This document shows, in pieces, positions 25,112 to 25,921 of a stretch of 25,921 nt of DNA; position 1 is the stretch's first letter; every line of letters starts with the position of its first letter. A program made the position numbers and the translations under genes. Origin of the DNA: Gammaproteobacteria bacterium (GTDB lineage Bacteria; Pseudomonadota; Gammaproteobacteria; UBA9339); contig DAOVLX010000001.1 of assembly GCA_030631035.1 (NCBI GenBank), positions 1 to 25,921 on the forward strand, read 5' to 3'. The notes beneath the pieces were generated by a model that saw nothing but the letters and a program-made list of their open reading frames with translations, was not told where the DNA came from and did not search any database.

Positions 25112-25501
25112 ATGGCTAAAGGTACATTACAAAGACTCACATTGTTGGGACGTTTGGGGACAGATCCAACAGTAAAGGAGCTAAAAGGGGTGCTGGTTGC
25201 AAAACTCAAAGTTGCAACTACTGACAGAATTAAAAAGAAAGATGCAGAGGATTGGCAAGAAGAGACTACTTGGCATTTGGTTACTGCATTTGGGCAGAAT
25301 GCGGAGTTTTGCCGAGATTATCTCAAAACAGGAGATACTGTCTATATGGAAGCCAAACTCCGGAATGCTAAATGGACAGATAGTCAGGGCGCAGAAAAAT
25401 TTTCTGTGGACATTATAGCTAATATGGTTCAGCAGGCAGGAAAATCACCCAATTCTAATAATGAACCAAAGTCAGATGATCCATTAAATGAAATAGAATA
25501 G
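25112..25501 (+). CDS. ssb: Single-stranded DNA-binding protein
   Basis: LTLLGRLGTDP...VATT...EETTWHLVTAFG...YLKTGDTVYMEAKLR...WTD; GGAGG RBS. Confidence 0.95.
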   Translation: MAKGTLQRLTLLGRLGTDPTVKELKGVLVAKLKVATTDRIKKKDAEDWQEETTWHLVTAFGQNAEFCRDYLKTGDTVYMEAKLRNAKWTDSQGAEKFSVDIIANMVQQAGKSPNSNNEPKSDDPLNEIE

Positions 25502-25512
25502 GGTAGTCTTTT

Positions 25513-25921
25513 ATGCAGCTAATTAATATACATTTATGGATGCAGATATTGTGGTCTACTGTAGGAGGTAGACCACTCCCACCAGCTTACCATGAAGCGA
25601 TAATACCAATCATTCATTTTTTTGCGGGATATAGTAATTATGATTGGTTTTTCATTAGTTGTATGCTGATAACAGTGATGCTTATTATGGTAAAGTTGGG
25701 GAGAGGTTGTTTAAAAGGAGTAAAGAACTTGCCTCTTGCAACTTCTTTTCAGAAAGGCTTTTGCCAAATGTTTGAAATTGTATTGCTTTTGGCATGGATT
25801 GGTGTGTGTCTATATGTTTTATCAGTGTTAATTTTAGGGCTTATCTGGTTCAAAGATTTAGGTTATGTAGCTTGGATTGCGAAAAAATTTCTGCCTGGCT
25901 GGATATTGGGGTTATTTTTAG
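25513..25921 (+). CDS. Multi-TM membrane protein, 3'-truncated by the window edge (not in the supplied track)
   Basis: Hand translation gives 136 uninterrupted codons from ATG 25513 (MQLINIHLWMQILW...GWILGLFL) with at least three hydrophobic segments. Confidence 0.65.
   Translation, partial: MQLINIHLWMQILWSTVGGRPLPPAYHEAIIPIIHFFAGYSNYDWFFISCMLITVMLIMVKLGRGCLKGVKNLPLATSFQKGFCQMFEIVLLLAWIGVCLYVLSVLILGLIWFKDLGYVAWIAKKFLPGWILGLFL

Larger units (their letters stand above)
4954..25921. mobile_element. Integrative conjugative element backbone, genomic-island-type (MPF_G; PFGI-1/ICEHin1056/LGI-like) T4SS; extends beyond the right edge, left boundary not seen
   Basis: Co-linear series pilL, TIGR03759/03765/01690/03758/03745/03750/03746/03749/03752/03751/03744/03757/03756/03755-like genes, TraG_N, DsbA-like and ssb, preceded by a repressor/LvrA-like/CsrA module. 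Family assignments are by motif recognition, not HMM search. Confidence 0.88.

Overview
Bacterial (probably Legionellales/Coxiellaceae-like gammaproteobacterial, an inference) window containing most of the backbone of an integrative conjugative element with a genomic-island-type (MPF_G, PFGI-1/ICEHin1056/LGI-like) type IV secretion system. Left (18-4964): a tightly packed, AT-rich operon of radical SAM/SPASM enzyme, SAM methyltransferase, orphan LivJ-like periplasmic binding protein and a hybrid histidine kinase with two receiver domains. Centre (4954-7969): a regulatory switch with a phage-type repressor that has lost its autocleavage serine and a small DHp-like protein on the minus strand, then a divergent sigma70 promoter with palindromic operators and a long structured leader driving an LvrA-like wHTH protein and a CsrA paralog. 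Right (8182-25921): traT, pilL, the MPF_G gene series (VirB4-like ATPase, TraU, TraG_N etc., with a LuxR-type regulator inserted mid-operon), a DsbA-like protein, ssb and a truncated membrane-protein ORF. The most striking sequence-level observation is a lambdoid/iteron-type origin layout hidden inside the LvrA-like gene: six 22-bp tandem repeats, then an A-rich strip, a perfect DnaA box and one more partial repeat. This suggests the gene is a replication initiator carrying its own ori. No integrase, relaxase, tRNA, att site or CRISPR array is visible in the window.
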